A stretch of 64,000 nucleotides of DNA from Eledone cirrhosa (Eukaryota), in contig OZ024740.1 in NCBI GenBank assembly GCA_964016885.1, positions 54,250,001-54,314,000 of the forward strand, written 5' to 3'. The first letter of the stretch is position 1, and each line of letters begins with the position of its first letter. This document shows positions 40,532 to 54,970 of the stretch, piece after piece. The position numbers and the translations under genes are program-made. Below the pieces are notes generated by a model, which had not been told where the DNA came from, did not search any database, and worked only from the letters and a program-made list of their open reading frames with translations.

Positions 40532-41189
40532 TATATAAATTGGAAATGATCGGACGTTGTATATTTAAGTAAGTAGGTGTAGTCGGATAAATGTCGAAAC
40601 GGCTTGGTGGAATGCAGCGAAAATTTACACAGTTATGCAGAATTACCCGAGGAAGCGTTGGGTCGACTTTCAAGCTACAAGATCCATGGTTACGGAGAAA
40701 ATCGATGAAACATGAATTTCCCATTCAAATTGAACTGAGAGTAATCTGTGAACACAGAAGTAAAATATTTCGAGAAATGTTGCAACCGAACGAAAACAGG
40801 AAGACGATATTTTGGTTCGTGAAGACAGTTTCCTGGCAACGAACGGGAAAAAAGTGAGGGTAATACGTCGTTATTTGGATCGAGAAGAACAATTTCATGC
40901 AAAGACAAGACCAAATTTAAGGTATGAATTGAGTCGTTAGACTAATATTCTATTTAAAATAACAGAATTATTTCCAGTTTCCGGAGTTTAGAATGATGTA
41001 AATAAAATTGAAAACGAAAATGACAGTGATAAATAAAATATTAAAATAAATAGTGAAGATTTAGGCCAGTACATACGTATGCCCCGACGGACATACACAT
41101 ACATACGCACACACAAATACATACACACCCACAAACACACACACACACGCGCGCGCGCGCACGCACGCACGCACGCCGCACGCACGAAA

Positions 41190-41630
41190 CGCGTATGTAT
41201 AAACCATATTCATTTCCACAGTATTTTCACCAAACTTAAGACATAGGTTACTTATGTACCCCGGATAGTCATGGGCACTTTTATTTTTCCAGATAATGAA
41301 TATAGGGCCTCCCGGCAGATAACCCCCTTTCACCACTTTCTTGGAGTCGACTGAAGCACTGCAGTGCAATGCAACAAATCGTCATAACTCCTGGAGTTCG
41401 CAACCGATTTTCACAAAACATGAGACATGGGCTACGTTTGTCCTACAGATGAATGTGAACTCTCAGAATTGGCACATATTGAGTAGGGAACAGCTGGGGG
41501 CAGGAACCCCCATTTGGAAAAAGCCGATGATTTTGTAAAAGTATAGTTTTCGAAGCAGCACTGAAGTATTGACATAAATGGTATACACAACTGCTATTTA
41601 ATACCCGAGCAACGCCGGGTACCTCTGCTA

Positions 41631-41631
<1 letters not shown>
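41190..41631 (+). mobile_element. Non-autonomous Helitron, 3' part (5' boundary uncertain)
   Basis: cccgagcaacgccgggtacctctgCTAG-t, nearly the same as the 3' end of the Helitron at 17265. Confidence 0.75.
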
Positions 41632-41695
<64 letters not shown>

Positions 41696-41852
41696 CGTGT
41701 GTGTCTGTGTGTGTGTGTGTGTGTATAACAAAGATTGGGAATACGCAAGATGATGTGGTCGAGAGGAAGAGCAAAACCTGTGCGCCGTGTATGTATATAT
41801 ATATGTATGATAAAGAACACAAGAGCGTCTACAACATCAAAAGGTTTTTATT

Positions 41853-41899
41853 GGCTTACAATGTTTCTTCCTTACGTAACCGTAGGATTCGTCAGAGCT
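41853..41899 (-). ncRNA. Minimal type I hammerhead ribozyme in a probable PLE terminus (about 41730-42150)
   Basis: agct-CTGACGA-atcctacg(gtta)cgtaaggaa-GAAA-cattg-TA-agcc. Confidence 0.72.
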
Positions 41900-42192
41900 A
41901 TAAAAGAGGTTTGATTGATGTTATGGACTCTACCAACCAAACATTCAAGAACAAAGTGTAAAGAGAGTAAAGAGCAAAAGTAGGGGACGATAACTCTAAT
42001 TTTGGTGCGGGAGGGTGGGGTGTGGGTCCTTGTTTACTAGCTGCGGTCATATTCATTCCCGGGAGTCGAGTGGTTAGCTGAACCATAGATGAGGTGGCGT
42101 CGATAGTATGGTGCAGAGGGTGCGCAGAGGCTACACAAACACAAAGGGCATACAATATATATATATATATATAACGGAGGAGAAAGTACATA

Positions 42193-42225
<33 letters not shown>

Positions 42226-42271
42226 CTATGCATGTAGTATGTATGTATGTATATATACATATATATATATG

Positions 42272-42339
<68 letters not shown>

Positions 42340-42346
<7 letters not shown>

Positions 42347-42434
42347 GCTCTACAGTTCTTATATATTCGATATATATTTATCCTTATCGAGCCCCCTTTG
42401 GATTTAAGTCTTCACATTTATTATTATTATTACT
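42340..42434 (+). mobile_element. Family B tail fragment
   Basis: gctctacagttc..ccttatcgagccc.ctttggattt.agtcttca. Confidence 0.7.
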
Positions 42435-42900
42435 ATATATATATATATAGAGAGAGAGAGTGAGAGAGAGTTGTGTGGAGGTGTGTATAGAATCTTATTT
42501 TAAATACATGAAATACGTTTTGTTATGAAACTTTTACCTAAATGTAAATGTTTAAAACATCAATGTCAAATATTGTGTTAAATAATTGTCGAAATGGAAT
42601 CTTGTAGTTTCATATATAAAATATATTTAAGTGTATAGGTAAATTCTTCCTTTCTGACAAATGCCCTTGAATTTGATCACTAATAGAAAGCTAATATATT
42701 CTCTTCTTTTCAAACTACGTCATAATATTTGTCCTCCCCGTTTTTCTGGACGAAAGGGATATTAATGGCTAATTTTCTTATCATTTCTAATCACGAAATT
42801 TTACCCTTGCATAGGAAAGTTGTTTGTCCGGCAGAATATCACGTCTGCAATTTGCGGTAGCTTATCAATATAGGTTCCATATATATATATGATATATATA

Positions 42901-43076
42901 TATTAAAATAACAGATTAACGTTTAAACAAAGAATCGCTGTTTTCGCCCTTAACGATTATTTGCTTAAACTTTAATCTGTTATTTTAATAAAATATTTGC
43001 TCTACGGTTTTATATATATATATATCATCCTTATCGAGTCCTCTTCGGATTTTAGTCTTCACATTTATTATTATTA
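42901..43076 (+). mobile_element. Family B micro-insertion with inverted arm
   Basis: Same architecture as 39604-39790. Confidence 0.8.
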
Positions 43077-43107
43077 ATATATATAAATAAATAAATATAT
43101 ATATATA

Positions 43108-43187
<80 letters not shown>

Positions 43188-43190
<3 letters not shown>

Positions 43191-44706
43191 TGCATGGCTT
43201 GTGAAAGCTATACAAGCCATGTATAAAGAAACAGTCAGCAAGGTTAGAATTAACAACGAATTCAGTGAATGGTTTTACGTAAAATTGGTGTTCATCAGGG
43301 CTCCGTCCTTAGCCCCCTCCTATGTATTATCGCCCTCCAAGTTATAACGGGGGAGTTCAAGACCGGCTGCCCATGGGCATTTCTATACGCAGATGATCTA
43401 ACGCTCATAGCCGAATCAATGGCTGAACTAGAGAAGAAATTGCAAACATGGAAGCATGGCCTAGAATCAAAAGGCCTTAAAGTTAACTTGTCTAAGACTA
43501 AAGTCCTGATATGTAGGAAGGAGAATAGGACACTGGTCCCATCTGGTAAATGGCCATGCTCAGTGTGTAGGAAAGGAGTAGGCAGAAACTTCATTTTATG
43601 TCCCAAATGCAAAGTATGGGTGCATAAAAGATGTAGTGGGATCACAGGTAAGCTAACTAAGAATATAGATTTTATATGTGGCCGATGCTCTGGTGCAATA
43701 AGTAGCAGCAAATGCCCACAGACTACTAGCTCATTCCATTCCCCAGATGGTTCTATAGAAATAGTGGATACCTTTCGTTACCTGGGTGACAAAATCAGCA
43801 GTGATGGAGGGTGCTCTGAAATTACTGTAGCTAGATTCCGAACGGGATGGAAAAAGTTCAGAGAGCTTATACCACTATTGGCCGCTAAAGGTTTCTCTCT
43901 AAAAATAAAAGGCAGACTGTATGATGCCTGCATACGAACAGCGATGTTACATGGCAGTGAGACATGGGCCTTGTGTGCAGATGATCTATGCAGACTGGAG
44001 AGGAACGAAGCTTGTATGCTCCGTTGGATGTGTAATAGTAATATACGCGAACGGCAAAGCATAAATGAACTAAGTGAGAAATTAAGAATAAGAGGGATCA
44101 GATGCTGTTTACTCGAGAGAAGACTACGTTGGTATAGTCACGTGATGCGCATGAAAGATGACAGCTGTATAAAAAAGTCCAGGGCGATCAAAATAGACCG
44201 TAGCTATGGAGTAGGCAGACCCAGAAAAACCTGGGACGACTTGATAAAATCCGACCTCACACACTTACACCTTTCCAATGTCACTGGACCGAGATCTTTG
44301 GCGCTAGGCAGTAATACAGAAGACCCGACTTGCCTAAGTACAACGCGAAACCTTCAGTCAGTAGGCAACTCTTAACGAAAATACACACCCGTCCCACTAA
44401 CCCTACCCCCACCGTCATCTACACGACCCCTTTCAATGTAAAGCTATGTTTGTACCACAACATCCAGTCCTAAATAAATGAGGTCGTGTAGGTGTCACGA
44501 CAAAAAAACACACAGTCCACGCTGTAATGTGGCCGTGTAGGTAACACGGTAAAAACCTCCCAGTCCACACTGTAAACGTGGTTGGTGTTAGGAAGGGCAT
44601 CCAGCCGTAGAAAACCTGCCAGACATAGCTGAGCAAGACAACCAATCTTGCCTCAAGTGGGACAATTCCCGTCCAGACCCATGCTAGCGTGGAAAATGGA
44701 CGTTAA

Positions 44707-44743
<37 letters not shown>
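43188..44743 (+). mobile_element. 5'-truncated RTE-clade LINE with Cys/His-rich (PHD-like) insert; (GAT)n tail
   Basis: GVHQGSVLSPLL, LYADDL, FRYLG, LHGSETW, RRLRWYSHV, GRPRKTW; 3' end ggacgttaaa(tga)n. Confidence 0.93.
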
Positions 44744-44744
<1 letters not shown>

Positions 44745-46634
44745 ATATACTGAATAAAATGTCGTCTCTAAATGATTCTAATTTGGCTGGGTGAAGGATT
44801 TGCAAGACACAGACACTGGTATCAATAGCCATGCTACAATTATGTTGGATTTGTAGAATAATCGTGACTGACATATTTTCTGGTGGTATATAATCATGTT
44901 TTTAACATCCTGATTTCAAATCTTTTGGAGAGCAACTTTGCCTTTCATTGCTTTGTGGTGCATAGGCACCAATAATATATAGTAGACTTTTAACTTCTAA
45001 AAATGTTAATATTGGTTTCACTTTTTGTAAAAATAATTTTCTTACGTACATTTGTAAATGATACCATTGTTTAAACAAGATCTACTCAATATTGTTCTGA
45101 AGTTAAATGAGAAATTAACGCAGAATAAACTGCAAATATATTAACCACAAAAACGTTTATTACTCTCGTTCATTTTTATTTCGTTGAAGCACACAACTTC
45201 TAATGACAATGTTTTGGTTTCCTGTTTGATCTCATCCTATATGAAAAGAATAGAAAGGAGACTAACAGTCAATGAAAAACATATTCCTTCACCAATTGTG
45301 TAAACTGCGGTGACATCGCTAAAACAGAAGAATTATAATCTCCTTACTTCTACAATTTGTACATTCTCGTTAGGCTTATAATTTTTTATTCATATAGTTT
45401 TCTTGTTTTGTTCTCAGCATACCGAAACCTATATTTCTTCGGTAATATATAATTTACCTGCAAAATAGAATGTTACATGTTCTATGCTGTACATCATGAT
45501 AAACAATAAGATATGCCTGAATGTTATTTGAAAACCACGCATGCTTCGTTTCGTTTCATTTCATTTCGTTTTTGCGTATCTGTTTAACTTTTCAGCTTGT
45601 AAGCTTTTGTTGTCGACTGCATGAGCAATTCAATTTTGACACGCTAAACATAGCTTGTGGTTACAGATAATCAAAATAGAAATTCATCTGGTTTTGAAGC
45701 CCAAAACATCCATAATATTAAGATTGGTCAGGCTGAAAAATAAATCGATGTTGGGTTTTGGAAGACAAGCATATTTGACCGTAAGCTATGCATAAACTCC
45801 CACTGACATCAATGACAGACGAGAAATATAATCATCTCACATATTCGATATGTGACACTAACTTTAGATGTTATCGGTCTCTCAGAGTGTTAAACCGAAC
45901 ATGACGTAGAGGTGGCCCAGAGCATTAGAAATATTGAAGTCACTAATTTTAACTCGTGCGCATACTGTCTAATGACATTGTCCGGTATCAGTTTTGCTTA
46001 TCATTACCGTGTGTGAAATGCAGCACACATAATCAGTTGCAATCTTTGCACAATTATAGTGAATGAAACGTTGAGTGTAGATATTTATTTAACTTTCTTT
46101 TCCCGACGCAAATTAGACTGTCATGCTTATTCCATGTCGTTCAGTTATACAATGAAAGTCAGTTAATGGATTGATAATACGGTATCGTCATTTGTTTTCA
46201 AAATTCCTTCATCTACGAATATTTTCCACGGGGCAAATATTTACAGTTTTGCAATGATGTGATATTATTTCTGAGATCAGTTTACATACGGTGATGAAAG
46301 CAATTCCTTGCGTATAGGTTATTTGCATGCAGACAATTAACAACCAATCAAATTTATAGCATTAGAACATCTTATAGAACAACTTTCTATTATTTTATTT
46401 ACATATGAATTTTATACCAGCTGCAAAAGCTTATAAAATAACTCACGACTAAACATTATATAATATATTATTATAAAGGATATCTATGTATTCGTCTGCC
46501 TATGTGCAATTATTAATACAAATATATATTTTGCGTATTAATAAATCTGCGTAATTAGTTTATGAAGAAAATATCAAGGTAAATGAGCACTCTATTTAAT
46601 ATAAGGAGCCCATTTATGTAAATAAGATCTAAGT

Positions 46635-46710
<76 letters not shown>

Positions 46711-48056
46711 TTGTGTGTGTATAAATCCTCTTAATGCACTGAAACTATAGCGATTTCCAGAGGTTGAATGATGAGAAAGGACTACCCATTAGTCTGTTAC
46801 TTCTTCTGATGTTTTGACCTGTGTCTTCCCCCCCCCCCCCCCCATATATATATACCATTTATATTATCTTCCAATGGGTAGAACCGTTGGTAAGAGTGAG
46901 TGAAAGATGATAAACAAATCATTGAAACCACTGAACGTTATGCAAATCATCCATCGTAGATGTGGTATCCAGTGTTTAGGGAAGGCACGGAATAACGTAT
47001 TCATTAGCACAACAACAGGAGGCCGGACTGGAAAATATACTTTATAATTTTAATTCCACGAAAGCAGTACTATACGTATTTCAATGGCTCGCCTCCACCA
47101 TTCGCCTATGATGCAAGACAAGGCTATCTCATCAGGTGTTATTTGCAGAATTATGTAACAGGATTACGTTGTACCCAAACATAGAATAGAGGATAGAGAA
47201 AAAATAGTAGGCAGAAATGAGAAAATTCGAAGCCGGGACAGCCTTTAAATATGGTGTTATATCGATAACAGATATACTATTCCTTCCAGTGTATTCATGT
47301 TACTTAGTTGTTTGACTTCGACTTGTTTAATAGAACTTATGTTACGAATTCTAAACTAATATATACACTATTTACTTGTCGTGGGGATTGCCATTCTATG
47401 AAATGTTAACCAATGTTCCATGTATTATATATTATTCTATGCAAGTGATTCTTTGCTCTAAATAGCATGGTGGGATAATGAAAACGATTTGTAGATATAC
47501 ATGAATGAATGTAGTAATATACTGCATAGAATACCCATGATTCATTCATTTACTAGCTAAGATGTTACTGGAAGAATGAAGGTTACGAGCTTCTTCTGAC
47601 GACTCTCTCAGTATTATATTGTGAATCGGCGATTGTCATCAGTAGACAAACAACGCTGTTGATACGGACAAATATAAATAAACTTTCAATGGTGTATCTT
47701 AACAGACACATTACAATAACATATTGATATTTTTATTTAGAATCCTCTAAAGTGAATCTTCGAATTAAATTAATAAAATAATTTGTTTACCATTATCTAA
47801 ACGTTTTATAGGTTAATTGAATCACTAAATAAAAGCTAGTAGAAATTTAATACATTATTTTTATTTTGAAAAATCTCTGATAAATCTGAAGTGTAAAGTA
47901 GGATAAAAGCAATTTAGCTACAGTTAAATGATTAGGTATATCTAATATTTTAAATAATATATTCTGTTTTAAGTGACTCGATGATTTTCCATATTTTTCT
48001 CTAATCTATAAAAGCGACTATCTTTGCTTCAAGGTTATCATTATTTCTATTAATAT

Positions 48057-48222
48057 AGTCAGACACCATGTTTTGCAGCATAGAGTTATGACCCATTACG
48101 TTCTGAGTTCAAATCCTGCCGAGGTTAGCTTTGCCTTTCATCCTTACGGGATCGATAAAATAAAACACCAGTAATGCACTGGTTTAATTGCTGGCCTTGT
48201 GCCAAAAGTAGAAGCATTATTA
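48057..48222 (+). mobile_element. SINE type 1 copy, 5'-truncated
   Basis: Matches the family core. Confidence 0.83.
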
Positions 48223-49139
48223 TTATTACTATTATTATTTATACTTGACTCGATACAAAATATTTGAGATTTCTCCGAAAGTAATGCCTTGTGTTATTAC
48301 TAAACCACCGGCTCTCCACAAAACGTAACAGCCAAGGCCGTACCTTCGCTCATAATTTGCATTCGCTAAGCCAACCAAAATACATCGCCAACACCCCAGG
48401 CATGAGAACCATGCAAAAGAAGAACAATGCCAACACCCTCACCACAAAGAACAAAATACAATAACAATGTCAACAAAAACAGCAATTAAACAAAGAGTCA
48501 ACCTGTCAAACATCTATCAAATCACATAGACAGATAACCAAAACCTTTGTTTTTCAGCCTGTCAATCAACCAGCCATGTGTTTCCCGGAGAACGACACGC
48601 TTTCAACGCGAACTGAAAGAGCTGCTAACAATATGAGAAAGATCTGCCACCAGTCAGTCGTTTCCTTAGCGGGCGCGACAAACAATTTAGTAAAACTATA
48701 TTTGAGAAAGTAGGATGCAGAACACGTCTACACCAGCTGACAGTAGAATGGGAGAAATCCTTGATCTGTGAATCGCTTTGTTGTAGTGCTGCTGAAAAGC
48801 AACCTGTAAAATGAGTGCCATATAGAAATCCTCAGTGGGAAGCACCGATGTACTCCATCTAAAGGAGATACTTACACAAGAATCCCCACCCCATGTTATA
48901 ATTACAGATATGATAAGTAAAAAAATGGTACGGGTGGGGTTCAGATTAAATTTGGATCAATCGAACGATTTCGGTAGGATCAAACATTGCTATGTGACAG
49001 CTGTCATCAGAGCGTCGGGTTTCGGCTTTGTCTGCAGGTGATGGATTACTGCAATATACAATATTAGGACACTGGTCAGGCTGAATGGCCACCTATAGGA
49101 ATCGACCACTATCATTTGAACACACACACACACACACAT

Positions 49140-49355
49140 ATATTTTATGTATTTCCGTAGAAAAGGTAAAGGAAAGAAGACTGCTCTATGTATAGTTCAG
49201 AGCTATGTAATTACATAATAAACAACACAATATAATTATTCAATTACCAAAGGTATCAGGAAACTAGAAGATCCTCACAGAAACGTCCAGCTCGTTCATC
49301 AGATGAAATAGTTATCTATGTAATAATTATATTATGTTGTTTATTATGTAATTAT
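49140..49355 (-). mobile_element. Micro-element with short inverted arms and a decayed HHR
   Basis: 49208-49240 is inverted at 49322-49354; minus strand ttcat-CTGATGA-..-GATA-cctttgg-TA-attgaa. Confidence 0.55.
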
Positions 49356-49383
49356 ATATATATATATATAGATATATATATAT

Positions 49384-49844
49384 ATATTAAGATAAGCAGA
49401 ACAAGCAAAATTCAACCAATTTTTTAAAATAAATTAAAAAACATAATTTAAATATTTACGTATTCATTTGGCCCTTACCGATCGGTTTCGCTTTGTAAAA
49501 CACCAGAAATCCAATGCTGGCAGATAACAATATATTTTATCGTTCCTGGGTCTTTAGCCCTAGGAAAGGAAAATGCTTCTCTGATGAGCTTTGATTTTCC
49601 ATTAGAAATCCATTGGATTTCTGGTGTTTTACAAAGCGAAACCGATCGGTAAGGGCCAAATGAATAGGTAAATATTTAAATTATATTTTTTAATTTATTT
49701 AAAAAAATTGGTTGAATTTTGCTTGTTCTGCTTATCTTAATATTATAGTTCTGGTATGTCAAATTAATACCATAGAACAACCTTAAATCATAGACAACCT
49801 ATATATTTCCAGGGGTACTTAGTACCCACGGGTATATTAACTTC

Positions 49845-49848
<4 letters not shown>
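49384..49848 (+). mobile_element. (TA)n-inserted PLE-type terminus with inverted arm
   Basis: 49384-49516 is inverted at 49611-49743; tail runs to 49848. Confidence 0.85.
49577..49655 (+). ncRNA. Type I hammerhead ribozyme with long stem II
   Basis: ttct-CTGATGA-gctttg..agaaatcc(att)ggatttct..caaagc-GAAA-ccgatcgg-TA-aggg. Confidence 0.82.
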
Positions 49849-49899
<51 letters not shown>

Positions 49900-49959
49900 A
49901 TACATATATATATTGTTTTACTTTGGGAGTATTGCCAATAAGATAAAATTAAAAAAGAT

Positions 49960-50800
49960 TTAAATCAATATTAAGAATGCCAGTTCTTTAAATGTACTTA
50001 GAAACGTGGGAAAATGGCGAGAAGAACACACTACGTTTAAGTGGCTTGTTTTTGTTGTAGAGATTATTCAATATCCACCATTTTTGCCATTGCAGAATCT
50101 GCAGGTCTTGAGCCCATATATATATGGTCGAGATTTTTATAGTATCTTCCATTTAATGGAGAAGTCTATGTACTTTTCTTTGAATTGCCATATTCTGTTT
50201 ACCAAATCTGTGCTGTTTCTTATATTTGGGTAATGAACATATATTCGTGATTAAGGAAGACATGTTTAAAACAACTCTCTGACATACCAAAGTATTTTAA
50301 GGATTACATTTAATGGTGTTGATTCAATGGAAAGACCTCAGCTTCGTATATCACCATTAGGGTGTTGCATTGTTCATCCAGCGTTCATGACTTAGGTATT
50401 TTACAATAGCATCCATATAATTTGGGGGTCTATTTTCTATGCCGGAGGCATGACCTTATATTCATGGCACATGCCTATCCCATTTTGACACTATGGCGCT
50501 TAAAGATATGTTGGTATTTATGTTCTAGTGGGATGTGCGTATTCATGAGGGCTAAAATCGTCTTTCGGAGATCAGTTTTGATATTTACCGAGAAATGAGG
50601 AGAGAACCAGATTTCGCTGTTCTAGGGGTTATTTCGTATTAGAATTTGGAGAGGGGTCAGGAGTGTACGAAATATTCTTGAAGAAACTGCTATTACGTAA
50701 CGTTGTATTAGAGTAGGGGGCTTCCCTATCGAAGATTGCTTAGTTTGAAGAGGGGTGAGAGACCTGCTTCCTAATATTGTTCCTGTGTATGTATCTAAGG
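49960..50800 (-). mobile_element. Degenerate PLE GIY-YIG region
   Basis: KYFGMSESCFK..NSTDL..IWQFKEK..FSIKWKIL..PY..G..TCRFC. Confidence 0.65.
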
Positions 50801-50910
50801 TTTTCGCTAGGCTTATGGAATGGACTATGAGTGTGTGTACGTAGGTCTAGGTTAATGATTAAAAGTAACACTATTCAGTAAATATTTATTTCATTAGGGA
50901 TATATATTGA

Positions 50911-51009
50911 GTCTTGTTACTGTAGAGTTTCGCCTGTTTATCAGAGGGTCATCAGACAGGACAGTGTCTGACATTGCGATGATCGTGCGAAACTGCAGAG
51001 TAACAAGAC
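50911..51009. ncRNA. Two divergent, decayed minimal HHRs (minus 50911-50962, plus 50965-51009)
   Basis: Minus strand gtcctgt-CTGATGA-ccct..aggc-GAAA-ctctacag-TA-acaagac; plus strand ..GAAA-ctgcagag-TA-acaagac. Confidence 0.62.
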
Positions 51010-52019
51010 TCACTATTTAGCCCTAATAAAATCAGTATTTAAACTCTTCAGTATCTCACACACACACTCACACGTACACACGTACACACACACCTACACA
51101 CAACCACACACAGCTACACACACACACACGCACACACACGCACACACACACACACACACACACATACACACACACACACACATGCACACACGCACACACA
51201 CATACACACATACACACACACACAAACACACACAAACACATATATATATACATATGATTGATATAATGGAATATTTTCTGTCGTAATTTATGTCTGATCC
51301 TTAGTCATACTGAAGTGCACTGAACTTCTTGTCAGTTCTAAATGTCCATAGACATAAAATCGCCTTAGGCAATAAGGGTCATAAGAGCTTATAAGTGTAT
51401 CTTCAAAGGACAGAATAGAATCATCAGAAACCACGATATCTTGCATATCTTGATCCGATAAAGGCATTTGTAACCATAATCTGAGTAGGTCTCAGTGAGG
51501 TATTTACAAAATTTGGTTGTTTTGTTTATCATTGTTATTTTCATTTTATTTATTACAATTTCTTTATATTTTATATGACGTCATTGCATGTTCAAAGTAA
51601 CTTAGCTTTGATATGGAAACTATAATGAGACAAGAGTGCATCTTCATATGAATGATATTTGTTATAACACTTTCGGATGCAGTGAAATGTCACAACTGAA
51701 AAAGAGAATATCTCATTGATACCTACTTGGTTAAATTCAAAGTGACACTGGTGTTTATTCTTCTGCTAGAAAGCAGAATTTCTGAACCTTATTTTTAGAT
51801 CTAAGGATAGACAACTTATTCATATAATCTCTTCCGTGATTAAGTATCTTATTAGCGTAAACTTGTCATCAATTCTGTATCTTTTCCTGGATACTTATAA
51901 GGGTAATAGACAACTTCCATTCTGAGTTAATTACCATCAACACATTTCATAAATTGAATTGATTGGGTTAACAAAATTTGGATGATGTATAATCTCTCAC
52001 AATATAGATAATAATTCAT

Positions 52020-52060
<41 letters not shown>

Positions 52061-52200
52061 TAAGTAAAATCCCATTACACATAATATGTATGTATGCCTA
52101 GCATTAGGTATTGGGGTCCAGATATGATAACCATTATATAGTCCAGATATGATAACCATTATATAGTGGAGAAGTCCTTTCAAAATTGACCTCTCATTGG

Positions 52201-52281
52201 GCGCCCGATGAGAGGCTAGTGTTGAAACCTCTCTAGCATACAGTGGTGGTCATAACTGGACCCCAAAACCTAAGGTCGCGC
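52201..52281 (+). ncRNA. Decayed type I HHR in a (TA)n-flanked element (about 52058-52380)
   Basis: gcgc-CCGATGA-..-AAAA-cctaagg-TC-gcgc; partial inverted copy at about 52100-52135. Confidence 0.45.
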
Positions 52282-52416
52282 ATACACGTTAACTGTATGA
52301 AATTCTATTTATAATATAACCTCTCTTGCAATAGATTAAGCATTGTTTTACTCGGTCTTTCATTTACAGATATCCTGCACAGACACACAGGCACAAACAC
52401 ACACACACACACACAC

Positions 52417-52448
<32 letters not shown>

Positions 52449-52486
52449 ACACACACGCGCGCGCGCGCACACACATATATATATAT

Positions 52487-53170
52487 GGAAAACGAAGAAT
52501 CAGTGATGCATCGAAACACAATTTATTAACGTATTACAACTGTTACTCCGGCGAATAATTCGAGGTGCGATCTATTTGTGGATCGAACCTGACTCTGGAT
52601 TCGCAAGTTCCTCAGGCACGTCTAGCGACTTCGCAACAAGTCCTCTATCTGATGCACTCCGATCCTTTGAATTTCTTGCATCTGCCATCATTCTGTTTGC
52701 ACGGTTCATCGATTGGTCAAAGGTTCGAGACGTCATCTGTATGTTTGACCATTCAAAACTACCCACTGACTATTTCCATTCAGGCGTGAGCTGTCATTCT
52801 CCTTAATTCTGTCGCCAGAATTACTGCTACATGGAAATGGGGTTGGAATCTGCCCTGCCTGTCCCTAGATTGACGTCTCGAACTCTTGACCAATCGATGG
52901 GCGACGCAAGCAGGATGATGGCAGATGAAAGATGAAAGAGTGCAACAGACAGAGGACTTGCGTCGAAGTCACTAGACGTATCTGAGGAACTTGCGAATCC
53001 AGAGTCAGGTTCGATCCACAAATAGAGCGCACCTCGAGCTGTTCACCGGAGAAACAATTGTAATACGTAATAAATTGTGTTTCGATGCATCACTGATTCT
53101 TCGTTTTCCGAAGGAGCATAGAGTGCTCAACCGGCATTACGCCTATAGAAGCTTCCAAGCAACCTTACCA
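52487..53170 (+). mobile_element. ORF-less element with diverged inverted arms and a tail
   Basis: 52487-52735 is inverted at 52871-53109; tail 53110-53170; TA-rich flanks. Confidence 0.85.
52976..53068 (+). ncRNA. Type I hammerhead ribozyme with long stem II
   Basis: acgtat-CTGAGGA-..-GAAA-caattg-TA-atacgt. Confidence 0.72.
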
Positions 53171-53454
53171 CATATATATATATATATACATAAGCCGAAT
53201 CTCAACGTCTGGTGAACACATCTATTTTCATATGGACTTTCAACCAATCCTCTGCGAAACGAACGTAACGACTAACGATAAGCTGTAAAGTGAAACTTTG
53301 TTGTTACTATATACACCCTGCAATAGCATATACTGCTCATATTAGTCGCACCTACTTTAATCAAGAAAGCTACTTAGCAACATAATATGTAGAGAGAGAG
53401 AAAGAAAGAGAAAGAGAGTGAGGGAGGGAGAAAGATATATATATATATATATAT

Positions 53455-53519
<65 letters not shown>

Positions 53520-54853
53520 AGTCGACAGTATCTATTGCTGAAAATTTTGCAAGTTATTAACGTTGATGAAGATATAAATACTAGGTATCCATAACCTCAT
53601 TCAACACACACCGTCAGCAATATAACATACATACACCTACAACCAAACCACACACACATATGTGCAAGAATGCGTCCCTCCCGTTCGTTCACCCGTAATT
53701 GAACTCTAAGTTTGATTATACTTCGAATTCCGCTCAATTTGATACTATGATATCATGTTATGATACCAAGCTCTCACCAACTGGCTCTTCGCCTAATACA
53801 TATTCATCACCTTGCTCTTGTTAATAGGATTTAATGTAAATCCTAGCTTACACGTCTTAGAGTAAACTCATATTTCGAACAGAGTAACATAAATACTTGT
53901 ACGTAATGAACTAGTTTGGTATTTTTCTAAATAGTTAAGAAGCATCGATCTCTTTAGCTTGGCCTTGTAAGGTAACAATGTTTTTTATTCGATGACGGTT
54001 CAGTTTGCACTGCCGTAAATATAAACCTAAATCAGATATTAGTAGTGAGGGGTCACATAAAAATACGTTATTTAGTAATGAAGAGTAGTAACAGGAAATG
54101 GTGCAATGGAATATATATTTATATAATGTGCATTTATATGTTTATAGATTTCTCACAAGTTCCCCAAGTATGCAAAAAGTTGTTTTCAAAATATATCATT
54201 CGATGTATTGAAAGCGAAAAATGCTTCTCTTTGTATGAATTGTAGAAAAAAAAAATACATTAAAAGAATAATTACATCTTTAGGGAAACAACAAATATTA
54301 GCAGTTAGATATCAATTGTTTTCGTTGAATTTAGTCATATTGTGTAACAAAAGTTAAATGGGAATAAGAAACTATTGATGAAATGATGATACGAAAATAG
54401 CAAACTATATTTAGAAGTTTTATTTTCGTGAATATATAATCAATATTTTTGCGATAAGCTGACCAAGGGAACTGACAAAATGAGATGTGTATTCCTGATA
54501 GGACCGTTGAAATTTGTACATCATACTACATACAACTGTCAGGACTTGATTATTTTAAGCACCGAGTCTAATGTTAATGAGAATTTCCTTTTTTACCTTG
54601 AGGTTAGTAGGTCTCGAAGAAAGTGAAGTATCATGGGAAATGTTCTTCTTAATAATAAGTCCTTATCAGAGAGTCATAAGAAGAGCTCTACGAAAAGAAG
54701 GAGCAAATATATATTTTTTGTTGTGAATACGCTTAATAAAGTAAGAATGAGTTTCATAACAATGTGTTCCTCATTGTAACTCTATCTGAATTCATATTAA
54801 TATATATTTGACGTATATACTCAATATACCACTCCCTTTCTCTTTTCACATAG

Positions 54854-54962
<109 letters not shown>

Positions 54963-54970
54963 TATATATA

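Noticed and set aside
40198-40724. YIYI/HTHT-rich ORFs here and throughout the window
   Set aside because: Artefacts of (TA)n, (CA)n and (TACA)n repeats
47592-47645. CTGACGA...GAAT...TC hammerhead-like string
   Set aside because: No GAAA and no supporting stems
48950-49015. Minus-strand CTGATGA...GAAA-tcgttcga-TT
   Set aside because: Stems I and II do not pair
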